Origin: an uncultured bacterium
Lineage (GTDB): Bacteria; Planctomycetota; DG-23; CBDVDV01
Assembly (NCBI GenBank): GCA_965372835.1
Contig: CBDVDV010000004.1
Location: 1-51,335 of the forward strand
Reading direction: 5' to 3'
Length of the DNA: 51,335 nucleotides
Below the pieces are notes generated by a model. That model made no database searches, was not told where the DNA came from, and was given only the letters and a program-made list of their open reading frames with translations. How positions within the stretch are numbered: the first letter of the stretch is position 1; each line of letters opens with the position of its first letter. The position numbers were made by a program, and so were the translations under genes. Below are positions 1-8,675 of this stretch, piece after piece.

Positions 1-2072
1 CGCCCTTCCAACTCAGCGATCCTGGCGCGGAGTTCCTCGCCAACTTGTGGGTCGCCCACCGGCAGCCCGAGGGCCGTGTGCAGTTCTTCCAAAGCGGCTT
101 TGAAGTTCCCCTGCCTCTGGTAAAGTTCCGCCAGGTTCATGCGCGTGGTGACCAGGCCGGGGTACTGGCGAAGAGCCGTACGGTAGCACTCAATCGCCTG
201 CTCATGCCAGCCCAGTTTCCGCCAACAGTCACCCGCAGAGGACCAGGAGCGTGCCCGTTCGGGCGACAGGGCGATATCGGCGCGGAACTCGCGCAGCGCC
301 TCCTGGTAACAGCCACGCTGGTAGAGAAGTTCCCCCCTCATCCGGTAGCCGATGCCGGTGGGGCCGAATCGGCGCTGGGCTTGGTCCAGTTGCCCGAGCG
401 CCTTCTGGTAGGTCACCTCGTCCTGGGGGGGATAGCGCAGGAGCCAGGCCGGGTTGGTCAGGCTGAAGTCGTTCTGCGTCAGAAACTCAGCGCTGAGCCG
501 GTCCCGCCGAACCAGAACCATGGCCACGTCGTCCCAGTACACGGTCACCCATTCGCCGCTGCCCAGCAGCGGCTCGGGATTGTCCATGCCCCAGTCGCGA
601 ATGATACAGTTTACACCGTAAGATGCAAGCGCCCGCCGCCAGCCGCGCTGAAGCAGGTACACCGTGTCCCAATCCGCAAAGATGCGCTCGCGGTAGACCA
701 TGCACTCTCCGTCAATAAAAACCGACCATTCCGGCCACAGTTCCCACTCCAGGTATCCTCCCCAGGTGTAACTGTTGTAGAGGTTGCGGGGCAGTTCCCG
801 GCTGTGCTCCCTGAGGAAGCGAGCGGCGTCGGTCGGAAAAAGACGCTCCGAGAGCCCGGGACGAAGCGGGTGGGGACACACGCTCAGCATCTCCCACGCT
901 CCCACGAGCACCAGCACGACGGCCACACCCACGTAGGCTAACCCTGAAGGCCACCGGACGGCCTTACCGGACTCGTCGGCCCCCTTGAACAGGGCGAATC
1001 TGCTCAGGGCCATCGCCACCACCGGCGCGGAGACCAAGGCGAACGGAGCAATGTGCCGACGGGCGCTGAGGGCCATCACCCCGAAGACCACCCAGATGAG
1101 GGCATCGGCCGGGCAAAGGGCTCGCCCAGTACCATCACTGTCGGGCAGGAATGCCCGACCTCCCGACCGGTGGGGACGACCTCCCGCCGCAGGAGGGCGG
1201 ACATTCGTGTCCGCCTTCCTCCCTTGAACGAGCAACACCACGGTGCCAAGCACCAGGTAAGCGTAGAACAGCCAGAAGCGAGGCGAGAGATCGGGGCTCG
1301 TCCACTCGTCGATGTACTTCATGTAGACCCGCATCGTGACCAGCGTGAAGGGATAGGTCCAGAGCCGCCAGCCGTAAGGATTCACCATCGTCGCAGCGAC
1401 ACACCCGACAAGCACCAACGTCAGCGACCGGGCCTCCCGGGCGCGTTTCGTTTTGGTCGGCGGCTCCGATCGCCACCAGCGCCACGTTGCCTCCAGCCAG
1501 TAGATGCCCAGGAGGATGAGCCCGGCGAGAAAGCCTGCGTGCAGGTTGGCCCAGAGCACCATCGACCCGACCAGCACATAGGGCGTCCATCGCCGTTCAT
1601 GCGAGTCGCAAGACCCCCGCCAGCCACTGAGAAGCAACGCCCAGGAGGAGAGAAACACCAGCGTCACCAGGTGAGGCCGCACGGTGAGCCGGGGGCGGAC
1701 GAGCAGCACCACCACCAGGGTCAGAGCCACCGCTACGGGAAACGCCGACCGACGCCGGTGTGCCTGCCACAGGGCCAGCCCCACCACCAGCGCCCCCACC
1801 AGTGCTTTCAGGAGCACCAGCCCATCGATGCCGATGCGCCGGTAGAGGAGGAAGAGCAAGGTCTGGGACAGCCATTCCTGGTCGATCCACTGACCGGCCG
1901 AGGCCGTGAAGTTGAAGGGATGTGCGTAGGGGATGTGTCCGTGCTCGACGATGTAGCGCCCGGCCGACAGGTGCATCCACACGTCGAAGTTCAGAAGTGG
2001 AAAGAGCCCCAGCATTGCTGCCAAAAGCAGCACCGAAACCACCAACACCGTTCGAGACGCGCGGGTCACCAT
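1..2072 (-). CDS. Polytopic membrane protein with C-terminal TPR repeats (GT-C/PMT-like glycosyltransferase is only a guess); 3' end runs off the window
   Basis: Absent from the ORF track because no stop lies in the window. Hand translation of the minus frame is open from ATG 2072..2070 to base 1. It reads MVTRASRTVLVVSVLLLAAMLGLFPLLNFDVWMHLSAGRYIVEHGHIPYAHPF..., then many hydrophobic helices, then TPR-like ...GELLYQRGCYQEALREFRADIALSPERARSWSSAGDCWRKLGWHEQAIECYRTALRQYPG...NLAELYQRQGNFKAALEEL. The + ORFs 45..941 and 1053..2315 are its Arg/Pro-rich shadows. Confidence 0.75.
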   Translation of the reverse strand, partial: MVTRASRTVLVVSVLLLAAMLGLFPLLNFDVWMHLSAGRYIVEHGHIPYAHPFNFTASAGQWIDQEWLSQTLLFLLYRRIGIDGLVLLKALVGALVVGLALWQAHRRRSAFPVAVALTLVVVLLVRPRLTVRPHLVTLVFLSSWALLLSGWRGSCDSHERRWTPYVLVGSMVLWANLHAGFLAGLILLGIYWLEATWRWWRSEPPTKTKRAREARSLTLVLVGCVAATMVNPYGWRLWTYPFTLVTMRVYMKYIDEWTSPDLSPRFWLFYAYLVLGTVVLLVQGRKADTNVRPPAAGGRPHRSGGRAFLPDSDGTGRALCPADALIWVVFGVMALSARRHIAPFALVSAPVVAMALSRFALFKGADESGKAVRWPSGLAYVGVAVVLVLVGAWEMLSVCPHPLRPGLSERLFPTDAARFLREHSRELPRNLYNSYTWGGYLEWELWPEWSVFIDGECMVYRERIFADWDTVYLLQRGWRRALASYGVNCIIRDWGMDNPEPLLGSGEWVTVYWDDVAMVLVRRDRLSAEFLTQNDFSLTNPAWLLRYPPQDEVTYQKALGQLDQAQRRFGPTGIGYRMRGELLYQRGCYQEALREFRADIALSPERARSWSSAGDCWRKLGWHEQAIECYRTALRQYPGLVTTRMNLAELYQRQGNFKAALEELHTALGLPVGDPQVGEELRARIAELEG

Positions 2073-2135
2073 CACCCCCAAAAAGCCTCGGTGCTCAAGA
2101 ACCGCGCCCAGAGAGGCGGGCCCAGCCCAACCGGC

Positions 2136-2408
2136 TCACTGCTCTACGGGGGTGCGTCGCACCTCAAAGACCACTGGATTGGCGGAGTCAGGACAGCAGA
2201 CCTCGATCACGTCGGGGTCGCGCTGCCAGGGGAATTCTCCGCCAAACTGGAGTACCCAGCACGCGGGCTGGAGGGCGTGCTTGGCCGAGCGACAGGGCAT
2301 GCGCTGGTCGTCTGACAGGTCGAACTCCACCCCCGGCTCGAACCCCTGCGGGCAGGTGCCGCCTTCGAGGATGCGCACCACCTTGGCCGTTACCCGATAG
2401 CGAGTCAT
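2136..2408 (-). CDS. TIGR04076-family small Cys-rich protein
   Basis: 90 aa. The C-terminal ...VIEVCCPDSANPVVFEVRR and the Cys pattern resemble the TIGR04076 family as I recall it. GGAGG lies 8 nt upstream of the ATG. Confidence 0.65.
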   Translation of the reverse strand: MTRYRVTAKVVRILEGGTCPQGFEPGVEFDLSDDQRMPCRSAKHALQPACWVLQFGGEFPWQRDPDVIEVCCPDSANPVVFEVRRTPVEQ

Positions 2409-2516
2409 CTCAAAGTCCTCCGAATCTCAACCGGTCGTCTTCAGACTGCCTTGCCATCACAGCACTCCGTCGCCGACACTGCCAGTCCGAGCGACCGGAG
2501 CACAGGAACTACCTGG

Positions 2517-2545
2517 ATTGTAGGTGGTCGCAGGTCCCGGGGCAA
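2517..2545 (-). promoter_or_regulatory. Sigma70-like promoter for the TIGR04076 gene (TTGCCC-17-TACAAT on minus strand)
   Basis: The reverse complement reads TTGCCC (2545..2540), a 17-nt spacer, then TACAAT (2522..2517), about 110 nt upstream of ATG 2408. Confidence 0.4.
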
Positions 2546-2558
2546 CGGCAAAGGGCCC

Positions 2559-3161
2559 TCAGGCGACGAGCCTCACCACCAGGATCTGCACCAGCCCTAC
2601 CACGAACCCGATGACTCCGCCCAGCAGTTCGATGTAGCGCAACTCGTCACGAGCCACGCGAAAGACGAGGGCCTCAAGGGCGTCCAGGTCCAACTGCTGG
2701 ACCTTCTCTTGGACGATTTGACGCACGTCGAGGTGCTGGGTGAGGGCGTCGCGGAGCACACCTGCTGCTGAAGGGAAGGCGTTCATCACCTCCCGGAGGA
2801 TGGCTCGGCGAATGGGGGCGAGGACGTCGTCGGTGAGGAATTGGCTGGCCAGCGGCCGCCTGGCCAGCTTCTCCCGCAGGAGCTGGGCCAGCCGCTCGTC
2901 CAGCACCTCAGTCAGCCGATCCCGGAAGGCTCCGCTCTGGAGGGCCCGGGCGATGTCGTCACCGCCCACGAGTTCCTGCTCGACGATTTCGGCGACGCTC
3001 TCGGCCAAGTCCTCCCGTCGGCGGGGAATGAGCCCCTGGATGGTGAGGCCGGCAAAGCGAACCGGCCGCTTCGGCCGAAAGAGCATCTTTACGGCCAGGT
3101 GGTTGGTGAACCAGCCGATGCCGGCTCCGACAAGAGGAAAGAGCAGCAGGCTCCAGGGCAT
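2559..3161 (-). CDS. DUF445-family membrane protein
   Basis: N-terminal GAGIGWFTNHLAVKMLFRPKRP motif and a C-terminal TM helix, typical of DUF445/YheB-like proteins. Confidence 0.8.
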   Translation of the reverse strand: MPWSLLLFPLVGAGIGWFTNHLAVKMLFRPKRPVRFAGLTIQGLIPRRREDLAESVAEIVEQELVGGDDIARALQSGAFRDRLTEVLDERLAQLLREKLARRPLASQFLTDDVLAPIRRAILREVMNAFPSAAGVLRDALTQHLDVRQIVQEKVQQLDLDALEALVFRVARDELRYIELLGGVIGFVVGLVQILVVRLVA

Positions 3162-3195
3162 GCGTGCACCTTCTGGTCGTGGAGGTCAGGGCGGC

Positions 3196-4482
3196 TCAAG
3201 GGGACGTCGTAATGCTCTTGAGGTCCTCGAAGAAGTCTGGGTACGTCTTGGCCACGCAACCGGGGTCCGCGATGCAGACACCGGGCACCCGAAGGCCGAC
3301 CAGGCTCATGCTCATGGCCATGCGGTGGTCGTCGTAGGTCTCAACGGTCGCTCCGTGCAGCTCACCCGGTTCGATGAGCAGGCCGTCGTCGCTGTCTTGG
3401 ACCTGGGCTCCCAGTCGGCGCAACTCGGTGGCCACCGCCCGCAGACGGTCCGTCTCCTTGTAGCGGAGGTGGGCGACGTTGGTTATCTGCGTCCGCCCCC
3501 GGGCGAAGCAGGCCACCGCGGCCAGCGTCGGCACCATGTCGCTCATGGGGTTCATGTCACAGGTGACGCCGTGCAGGTCGTCGCCCGTGACCTCGACGAA
3601 GCCCTCCCCCCTCACAGCGCGGCAGCCCATCGCCCCCAGCACGTCCACCAGGTGCAGGTCTCGTTGCAGCGAACTCGCGTCGATCCCCTCCACTCGCACC
3701 GTGCCTGCGGTGATGGCGGCGGCGGCGAAGAAGTACGATGCGCTGGAGGCGTCGACCTCCACCTGATAGTCGGTCGCCTGATAGGGTCGGCCGACGGGGA
3801 CGGCGAACCGGGCGTATCCCTCACGCTCCGCCGGTACGGCGAACGCAGCCATTACCGCCAAGGTCATGTCAACGTAGCCTTCTGAGACGAGTTCCCCTTC
3901 GACCATGATGCTCATCGGCTCACGGGCGTACGGCGCGACCATCAGCAGCGCGCTCAGGTACTGGCTGCTCACCGAGCCCGGAAGGGTCACCTCCCCTCCC
4001 CCGAGCCCGGCCGCCTGAACAACCACGGGTGGACACTCACCGTTGCCGCTCTCGCCCCGGGCGCTGACGCCGAGATGCTCGAGCGCCCGGAGGAGGTCGC
4101 CGATGGGTCGCTGGCGCATCCGCGGGCTCCCGTCCAGGCGATACCGCCCGTGTCCCAGGCTCACCAGGGCGGTGAGAAAGCGCATCGCCGTGCCCGCGTT
4201 CCCCACGTAGAGGTCGGCCTCGCTCGCCGGTATTTGACCCCCACGGCCGTGGACGGTGACCCGTCTCTCCTCGAACCGGGTCTCAACGTCGATGCCCAAC
4301 CGGGACAGGGCCTGGGCCATGTAGCGGGTGTCGTCGGCTTCCAGAGCGTTGGTGATGGTGGAAGTGCCCTCGGCCAGGGCGGCCACCATCAGGGCCCGGT
4401 TGGTGTAACTCTTGGAGCCGGGGGGCCTGACCGTCCCCCGGACGGGGCCTGAGGGTTCGACAGTCAGCACGGATTCGGTCAC
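3196..4482 (-). CDS. aroA: 3-phosphoshikimate 1-carboxyvinyltransferase (EPSP synthase)
   Basis: Track ORF 3196..4713 carries EPSP synthase motifs (PPGSKSYTNRALMVAALAEG, DDHRMAMSMSL). Its first ~77 aa are Arg/Pro-rich junk. GTG 4482 has GGAGG 7 nt upstream and gives a family-typical N terminus (VTESVLTVEPSGPVRGTVRPPGSKS). GTG 4509 or 4521 are alternatives. Confidence 0.9.
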   Translation of the reverse strand: MTESVLTVEPSGPVRGTVRPPGSKSYTNRALMVAALAEGTSTITNALEADDTRYMAQALSRLGIDVETRFEERRVTVHGRGGQIPASEADLYVGNAGTAMRFLTALVSLGHGRYRLDGSPRMRQRPIGDLLRALEHLGVSARGESGNGECPPVVVQAAGLGGGEVTLPGSVSSQYLSALLMVAPYAREPMSIMVEGELVSEGYVDMTLAVMAAFAVPAEREGYARFAVPVGRPYQATDYQVEVDASSASYFFAAAAITAGTVRVEGIDASSLQRDLHLVDVLGAMGCRAVRGEGFVEVTGDDLHGVTCDMNPMSDMVPTLAAVACFARGRTQITNVAHLRYKETDRLRAVATELRRLGAQVQDSDDGLLIEPGELHGATVETYDDHRMAMSMSLVGLRVPGVCIADPGCVAKTYPDFFEDLKSITTSP

Positions 4483-4545
4483 CGCCGGGCCTCCACCCAA
4501 CTTGGCCACTAAGCCAGTCACGGGAACGACGTTGCCACCCGGTTC

Positions 4546-4574
4546 TTTATGAGTCCTGTCCCGCGCAGGTGCAA
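4546..4574 (-). promoter_or_regulatory. Sigma70-like promoter for aroA (TTGCAC-17-CATAAA on minus strand)
   Basis: The reverse complement reads TTGCAC (4574..4569), a 17-nt spacer, then CATAAA (4551..4546). It lies inside the track's N-terminal extension of aroA, which supports the shorter gene. Confidence 0.35.
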
Positions 4575-4610
4575 GAGAAAACCGCAGGGAGGAGGCCGTG
4601 GGCTCGGGCC

Positions 4611-4769
4611 TCAGGTGACGTCTTCGACGGGAAGGAGGAACTCTTTGACGCCCTCTGGGCCGAGGGTCGTGCGCAGGTTGCGGATTCCCTCCATCGGGGC
4701 CAGATTCAGCCAACCGGTCGCGACCAGAAGCGCGACTATCACCAGCGCCCCCACGGAGCGAGATGACAC
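4611..4769 (-). CDS. Possible small single-TM protein (52 aa), not in ORF track
   Basis: A GTG 5 nt after the tolC stop opens VSSRSVGALVIVALLVATGWLNLAPMEGIRNLRTTLGPEGVKEFLLPVEDVT*. It has GC3-rich codons and one hydrophobic helix. The SD is weak, and the ORF is too short to judge by homology. Confidence 0.3.
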   Translation of the reverse strand: MSSRSVGALVIVALLVATGWLNLAPMEGIRNLRTTLGPEGVKEFLLPVEDVT

Positions 4770-4774
4770 AGCCT

Positions 4775-6244
4775 TCACGGTGACGTCAACCCCGCCCCTG
4801 CCAGCGCCCCGGTAGCCCGCTGGAGACTGACGGTGGCCAGCATATGGTTGTAGACGGCCTGACTGAAGTTCTTGCGGGCCTCGGTGAGGGCGGTCCGGGC
4901 ATCCAGCACCTCCACCTGCTTTCTCACCCCCTCCCGGTAGCCCGCCTCCGCCAGCCGTAACTGTTCCCGGGCCCGTTCCAGGTTCACCAACTGACTCCGC
5001 ACGAACTCATCGGCATCCTCCAGGCTCAAGAAAGCCTGGGTCACCTCCAACAGAACCTGCTCCTCGGCGTCGCGCACGGTGCTCCGGAACTGCTCCAGCA
5101 CCGCCCGCTCCTGGGCCAGTCTCCCGGCCGTCTGCCCCCCCTCAAACAGCGGAAACTCGACGGAAACGACGGCCTGGAACTCGTCGTCCCAGCCGCTGCC
5201 GAACCCACCCGCCCCCGGCTTGGCCAGTTCGTAGTTGCCGCTGAGAAACACCCTGGGCAGGAGACCGGCCTTGGCCCCCTCCACCCGGTGCTGCTGGGCC
5301 TTGACCGTGAGTTTGGAGGCCAGCACTTCCGGGCGGCTGAGCAGGGCCTGGCGCATCGCCTCCCGCACCTCGGGCGCCAACGGCTCGTACACCAAGGCGT
5401 CCACCAAGGCGACCTGGCTGTTCTGAGAGACGCCCAGCACCCGCAGGAAAGACGTCTCCGCCAGGTGCAGCGCATTTCCCGACTGGATGAGAGAGGCCTG
5501 GACGTTGGCCAGTTCCACCCGGGCCCGCAGGACGTCGAAGTCGCTGGCCACGCCGTGAGCCAGGCGCTTCTCCACGTCGGCGAGAAAGGCCTGGGCCCGT
5601 TCCAACTGCTCGCGGTCTGCAGCCACGAACTCCTGGGCCAGGCGGATGTCGTAGTAGGACTTGCGTACCTGGAAGACGACCTCCTGGGTGACCTGGCGGA
5701 TCTGCTCCTGGGCTATCCGCTGGCCCACCCGAGCGGCCCGGTAGGCGTTGATGACGGCGCCACCCAGGTACAGGGGCTGAGTAAGGGTGGCCCCAAAGGC
5801 CCAGTTGTTGGGTGAGCCGATGGTGGTGGTGGCTCCCCCGAAAGAGATGGATGGCACCTTCACCCGCCGAAAGTAATGGCCCGAAAGTCTCAGGTCGGGC
5901 AGGAACCCCGAACGGGCCTCGACCACCGCGCCGCGGGCCCGCTGGCGCTCCCGACGAACCGACTGGAGTTGCGGATTGTGGGCCAGGGCGATGCCAACGC
6001 TCTCGGCCACCCCCAACTCACCAGAGATCACTACCGCCCCGCTCATTTCATCCCTGGCAGAAACCACCAGCGCCGGCCCCTCCGGCCGGGGAGCCGGCGG
6101 CGTCGCCGAGGGCACCAGTTCGACGACGGCTCCGTCCCGCTCCCGCCTGGCCGCCGACTCCAGCACCGGGCACAGCGTCACACAAACCAAGACGGCTCCG
6201 ACCAAGCCGGCGGAGCGACGTGCCAGTGTCATTCGAATTGTCAT
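4775..6244 (-). CDS. TolC-family outer membrane efflux protein
   Basis: Two-repeat OEP architecture with coiled helical segments (QALLSRPEVLASKLTVKAQQHRVEGAKAG...). Signal peptide MTIRMTLARRSAGLVGAVLVCVTLC. I prefer ATG 6244 because it overlaps the marR stop as ATGA; the track start is 6274. Confidence 0.85.
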   Translation of the reverse strand: MTIRMTLARRSAGLVGAVLVCVTLCPVLESAARRERDGAVVELVPSATPPAPRPEGPALVVSARDEMSGAVVISGELGVAESVGIALAHNPQLQSVRRERQRARGAVVEARSGFLPDLRLSGHYFRRVKVPSISFGGATTTIGSPNNWAFGATLTQPLYLGGAVINAYRAARVGQRIAQEQIRQVTQEVVFQVRKSYYDIRLAQEFVAADREQLERAQAFLADVEKRLAHGVASDFDVLRARVELANVQASLIQSGNALHLAETSFLRVLGVSQNSQVALVDALVYEPLAPEVREAMRQALLSRPEVLASKLTVKAQQHRVEGAKAGLLPRVFLSGNYELAKPGAGGFGSGWDDEFQAVVSVEFPLFEGGQTAGRLAQERAVLEQFRSTVRDAEEQVLLEVTQAFLSLEDADEFVRSQLVNLERAREQLRLAEAGYREGVRKQVEVLDARTALTEARKNFSQAVYNHMLATVSLQRATGALAGAGLTSP

Positions 6245-6741
6245 CGCGACTTGACCTCCAAAGGCATCTCCCACACCAGGCCGGTCATTCGCTCGTACAC
6301 TTGCAGGAACTCTCGGCGCTCCTCCGCTGACAGTCTCTCCAACAGCCTGACAAAGAGGGCGCCAACGTCCTGGTGGACCCCCCTGACCGTTCTCCGACCT
6401 TTGGCCGTGGGCGAGACCAAGACCACCCGGCGGTCCCGGTCGTCCCGGCGCCGCTCAACCAGTCCCAGTTGCACCAGTCGGTCGACCACGTTGGTGGCCG
6501 CGGCCGTGCTCACGCAGAGGTCCGCAGTCAGTTTCCCCATGCTCAGCGGAGCGTGCAGAGCCACAGCCTTCAGGGCGTTGTACTGAGGCAGGTTCAGTTG
6601 CCCGCGAGAAAGGACGTTGTTCATCAGCGAGAACAGTTTGATGCCGAAGAGCCGCATCGCCTCCTGAAGCCTCCTGGCCTGCTCCTGCACCTCGGTTTGC
6701 GGCCCCTTTGGCTTGCGGGAGCGAGTTGTTGCGCGGGGCAT
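6241..6741 (-). CDS. MarR-family transcriptional regulator
   Basis: Winged-HTH core LNLPQYNALKAVALHAPLSMGKLTADLCVSTAAATNVVDRLVQLGLVERRRDDRDRRVVLVSPTAKG. GGGAGAAAGG SD upstream. Confidence 0.9.
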   Translation of the reverse strand: MPRATTRSRKPKGPQTEVQEQARRLQEAMRLFGIKLFSLMNNVLSRGQLNLPQYNALKAVALHAPLSMGKLTADLCVSTAAATNVVDRLVQLGLVERRRDDRDRRVVLVSPTAKGRRTVRGVHQDVGALFVRLLERLSAEERREFLQVYERMTGLVWEMPLEVKSR

Positions 6742-6792
6742 GGCGGACCTTTCTCCCTAAAGTTCTTCATCTTCTAACAGTTCGCTTTCTAA

Positions 6793-6821
6793 AATATACA
6801 CCGGTCAAAACATTCTGTCAA
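6793..6821 (-). promoter_or_regulatory. Consensus-like sigma70 promoter for marR-tolC (TTGACA-17-TATATT on minus strand)
   Basis: The reverse complement reads TTGACA (6821..6816), a 17-nt spacer, then TATATT (6798..6793), in an AT-rich island. Two TTCTAA direct repeats (6772-6777, 6787-6792) lie between the -10 and the SD and could be operator half-sites. Confidence 0.55.
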
Positions 6822-6905
6822 GACTTTTTCCGGCGGCACCTGCGGGACGGTCAGAGGGGCTCCCGTACAGGCTTTAGGGTCCACAGCGGAATGGGTGAAT
6901 TCTGC

Positions 6906-6935
6906 TTGCGCCCGCGGTCCAGGTCGAGGTATTAT
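6906..6935 (+). promoter_or_regulatory. Sigma70-like promoter for tRNA-Pro (TTGCGC-18-TATTAT)
   Basis: TTGCGC 6906-6911, an 18-nt spacer, TATTAT 6930-6935, about 70 nt upstream of the tRNA. Confidence 0.45.
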
Positions 6936-7003
6936 GTGTGTGCCACTTCGGCAGGCTCGGCCTTCGGCTCCTCCTGGGCCCAGTGGGCGGGGCTGCCGTG
7001 ATT

Positions 7004-7081
7004 CGGGGTGTAGCTCAGTTTGGTTAGAGCGCAGCGTTCGGGACGCTGAGGTCGCTGGTTCAAATCCAGTCACCCCGACCA
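7004..7081 (+). tRNA. tRNA-Pro (anticodon CGG), CCA encoded
   Basis: Hand-folded cloverleaf. Acceptor CGGGGTG/CACCCCG; D arm GCTC..GAGC; anticodon stem CAGCG/CGCTG with loop TTCGGGA (CGG at positions 34-36); T arm GCTGG-TTCAAAT-CCAGT; discriminator A plus CCA. Confidence 0.9.
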
Positions 7082-7262
7082 CCCCCACTGAGGCTACTTC
7101 GACGCGCTTCCAGTTCGTGTCCCACCCACGTCCAGAGATCTCATCGGCTAACACCCCACCAAAGTTCTTACCGATAGCTCCGCTCCGCCCTTCATAAGGA
7201 CCGCGCGCTCTTGAGTTTCTGCTCGGCCCGTTGCCGTCCGCGGGGGCCATCGCGCGCTCGCC

Positions 7263-8318
7263 TTAGTCGTTCTCCGGTCGGGGAGTGTCCTTGAACTCGA
7301 AGGGATAGGTTCGGGTCACCGGTCTCAGGATGACCTGGCACGTCACGGTCTTCGCCTCCTCCGTGGGCCGGAGCTCTACCTCGGTAACACGGCCCTTGTG
7401 GACCCATGTGCTCTCTGCGGTCTGCACCATTCGGCCAGCAGTGTTCTTCAATGTGAACTGGCGCACCCGCGAGGGCTCTCCTGCAACGGAGAACCTATAC
7501 GAGGCCCCATGCTCCCCGCTTCCTCCTGCCCGTCGACGCAAGTAGGTAATCTCAACTTTGCCGACCTTCTTCGCCTGGCCGATGTCTGCGTTGAGGTCGA
7601 AGGTGACATCAGCCATCTCGCAGGCAAAGGTCAGTGAGATGGTTCCTCGGATCGTCCGAGGGAATGGGGCCGCGGGGTCGAGCTCGTCAAGACCCACGGC
7701 CACGGAGAACCGAGTTATTCCGGCTCTTGTGTCCTCGACCGACCTAACGATGCCGGACGATGCCATAACGGGGGCCTGTTCCTTCTCTACGGGCTTGCCT
7801 TCTGCGTCCAAGACCTCCGTGATCTGAGGCTCGGACACCATGACCGGATGCGGCCTGCTCACCACGTAGCCTTCAGCCGTGGAAAAGAAGGAGTCCGTTC
7901 CCAACCAGGGCGTACCGTAGAGCGTCAAAAGGCACGGCCCGGCAACAGCCAAGAGCTCGGGTTCGGCATCCGGAAAGGGCTGACACAAAACCATTCCTTC
8001 TTCGACATCCCAGTAGATGACCGCCCCTGTCAACTTCACCAACCTGGCAAGGGCTTGGAGAACGGGGACGTCTTCTACCTGGAGCGTTAGCTTCTTGCCG
8101 CCGATGTCCTCGTCAGCTGTCAACTCGATATCGGTCTGCTTGCTCATCTGAACAAGCACCTGGCTGACCGGTGCGTCTTTGACGTCGATGGTCACCTTCG
8201 GGATGACCACCTCGAACTTCTCGGCTCCTTCGTTAGCGCCGGGAGCCTGTTCCCCTTCAGCCCACAACTGGAGTGACAAGAGCAGCACCACACCTACCAC
8301 CAGCATCGTAGCACGCAT
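7263..8318 (-). CDS. Secreted hypothetical protein (STN-like N-terminal segment)
   Basis: Signal peptide MRATMLVVGVVLLLSLQLWAEG. The segment VTIDVKDAPVSQVLVQMSKQTDIELTADEDIGGKKLTLQVEDVPVLQALARLVKLTG resembles secretin/TonB short N-terminal (STN) domains. The rest is unrecognised. Confidence 0.7.
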   Translation of the reverse strand: MRATMLVVGVVLLLSLQLWAEGEQAPGANEGAEKFEVVIPKVTIDVKDAPVSQVLVQMSKQTDIELTADEDIGGKKLTLQVEDVPVLQALARLVKLTGAVIYWDVEEGMVLCQPFPDAEPELLAVAGPCLLTLYGTPWLGTDSFFSTAEGYVVSRPHPVMVSEPQITEVLDAEGKPVEKEQAPVMASSGIVRSVEDTRAGITRFSVAVGLDELDPAAPFPRTIRGTISLTFACEMADVTFDLNADIGQAKKVGKVEITYLRRRAGGSGEHGASYRFSVAGEPSRVRQFTLKNTAGRMVQTAESTWVHKGRVTEVELRPTEEAKTVTCQVILRPVTRTYPFEFKDTPRPEND

Positions 8319-8675
8319 CGCTTTCCTCCTCTGTGGTCTCGTCTGCTGCCGGTGACCCCCTGGGGGCGGTGGGTGAAGGTGCGGGCTCGGTGTGGACGAT
8401 GGGAATGCTCAACGACAGTGGAATCATTGCCTGCCCCTCTTTCCTTGACCAAGGACCTTCTCAAGAGGGGCATCGTCACTTCCCGCCCTACTCCTTTGGC
8501 TTCTACCCACGTCCTCCACCCCGATCCCCCCTCTTCCCACACTTGCTCGAACCGTTATCTGGCCGGTTCCCTCTCGAACGTGCCTCCCCGAACTGCTATC
8601 ATACTCAGCAACGTGCTGGGGGTCTTCTCCAAACGATGTCCCGCACCGGGCGAACCAGCAAACTGGGGACAAGTC

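Noticed and set aside
45-2315. + strand ORFs 45..941 and 1053..2315
   Set aside because: Low-complexity Arg/Pro/His-rich translations. The opposite strand encodes a coherent membrane+TPR protein that is open across the whole span.
4483-4713. N-terminal 77 aa of the aroA track ORF
   Set aside because: Arg/Pro-rich and not part of EPSP synthase. The span contains a promoter-like element, and a strong SD precedes GTG 4482.
7082-7262. tRNA-Pro 3' flank as a possible integration site
   Set aside because: No integrase, no phage or ICE genes, and no duplicated tRNA 3' segment noticed in the window. I saw only a short CGCGCGCTC direct repeat (7210s and 7250s), which is unremarkable at this GC content.
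8352-8675. N-terminal extension of the B12-radical SAM ORF, and a possible cobalamin riboswitch there
   Set aside because: The extension has no family-like sequence and contains a strong hairpin. I searched by eye for the B12 box and conserved cobalamin-riboswitch cores on both strands and found only chance fragments (a CCTGCC, a CAGTGG).
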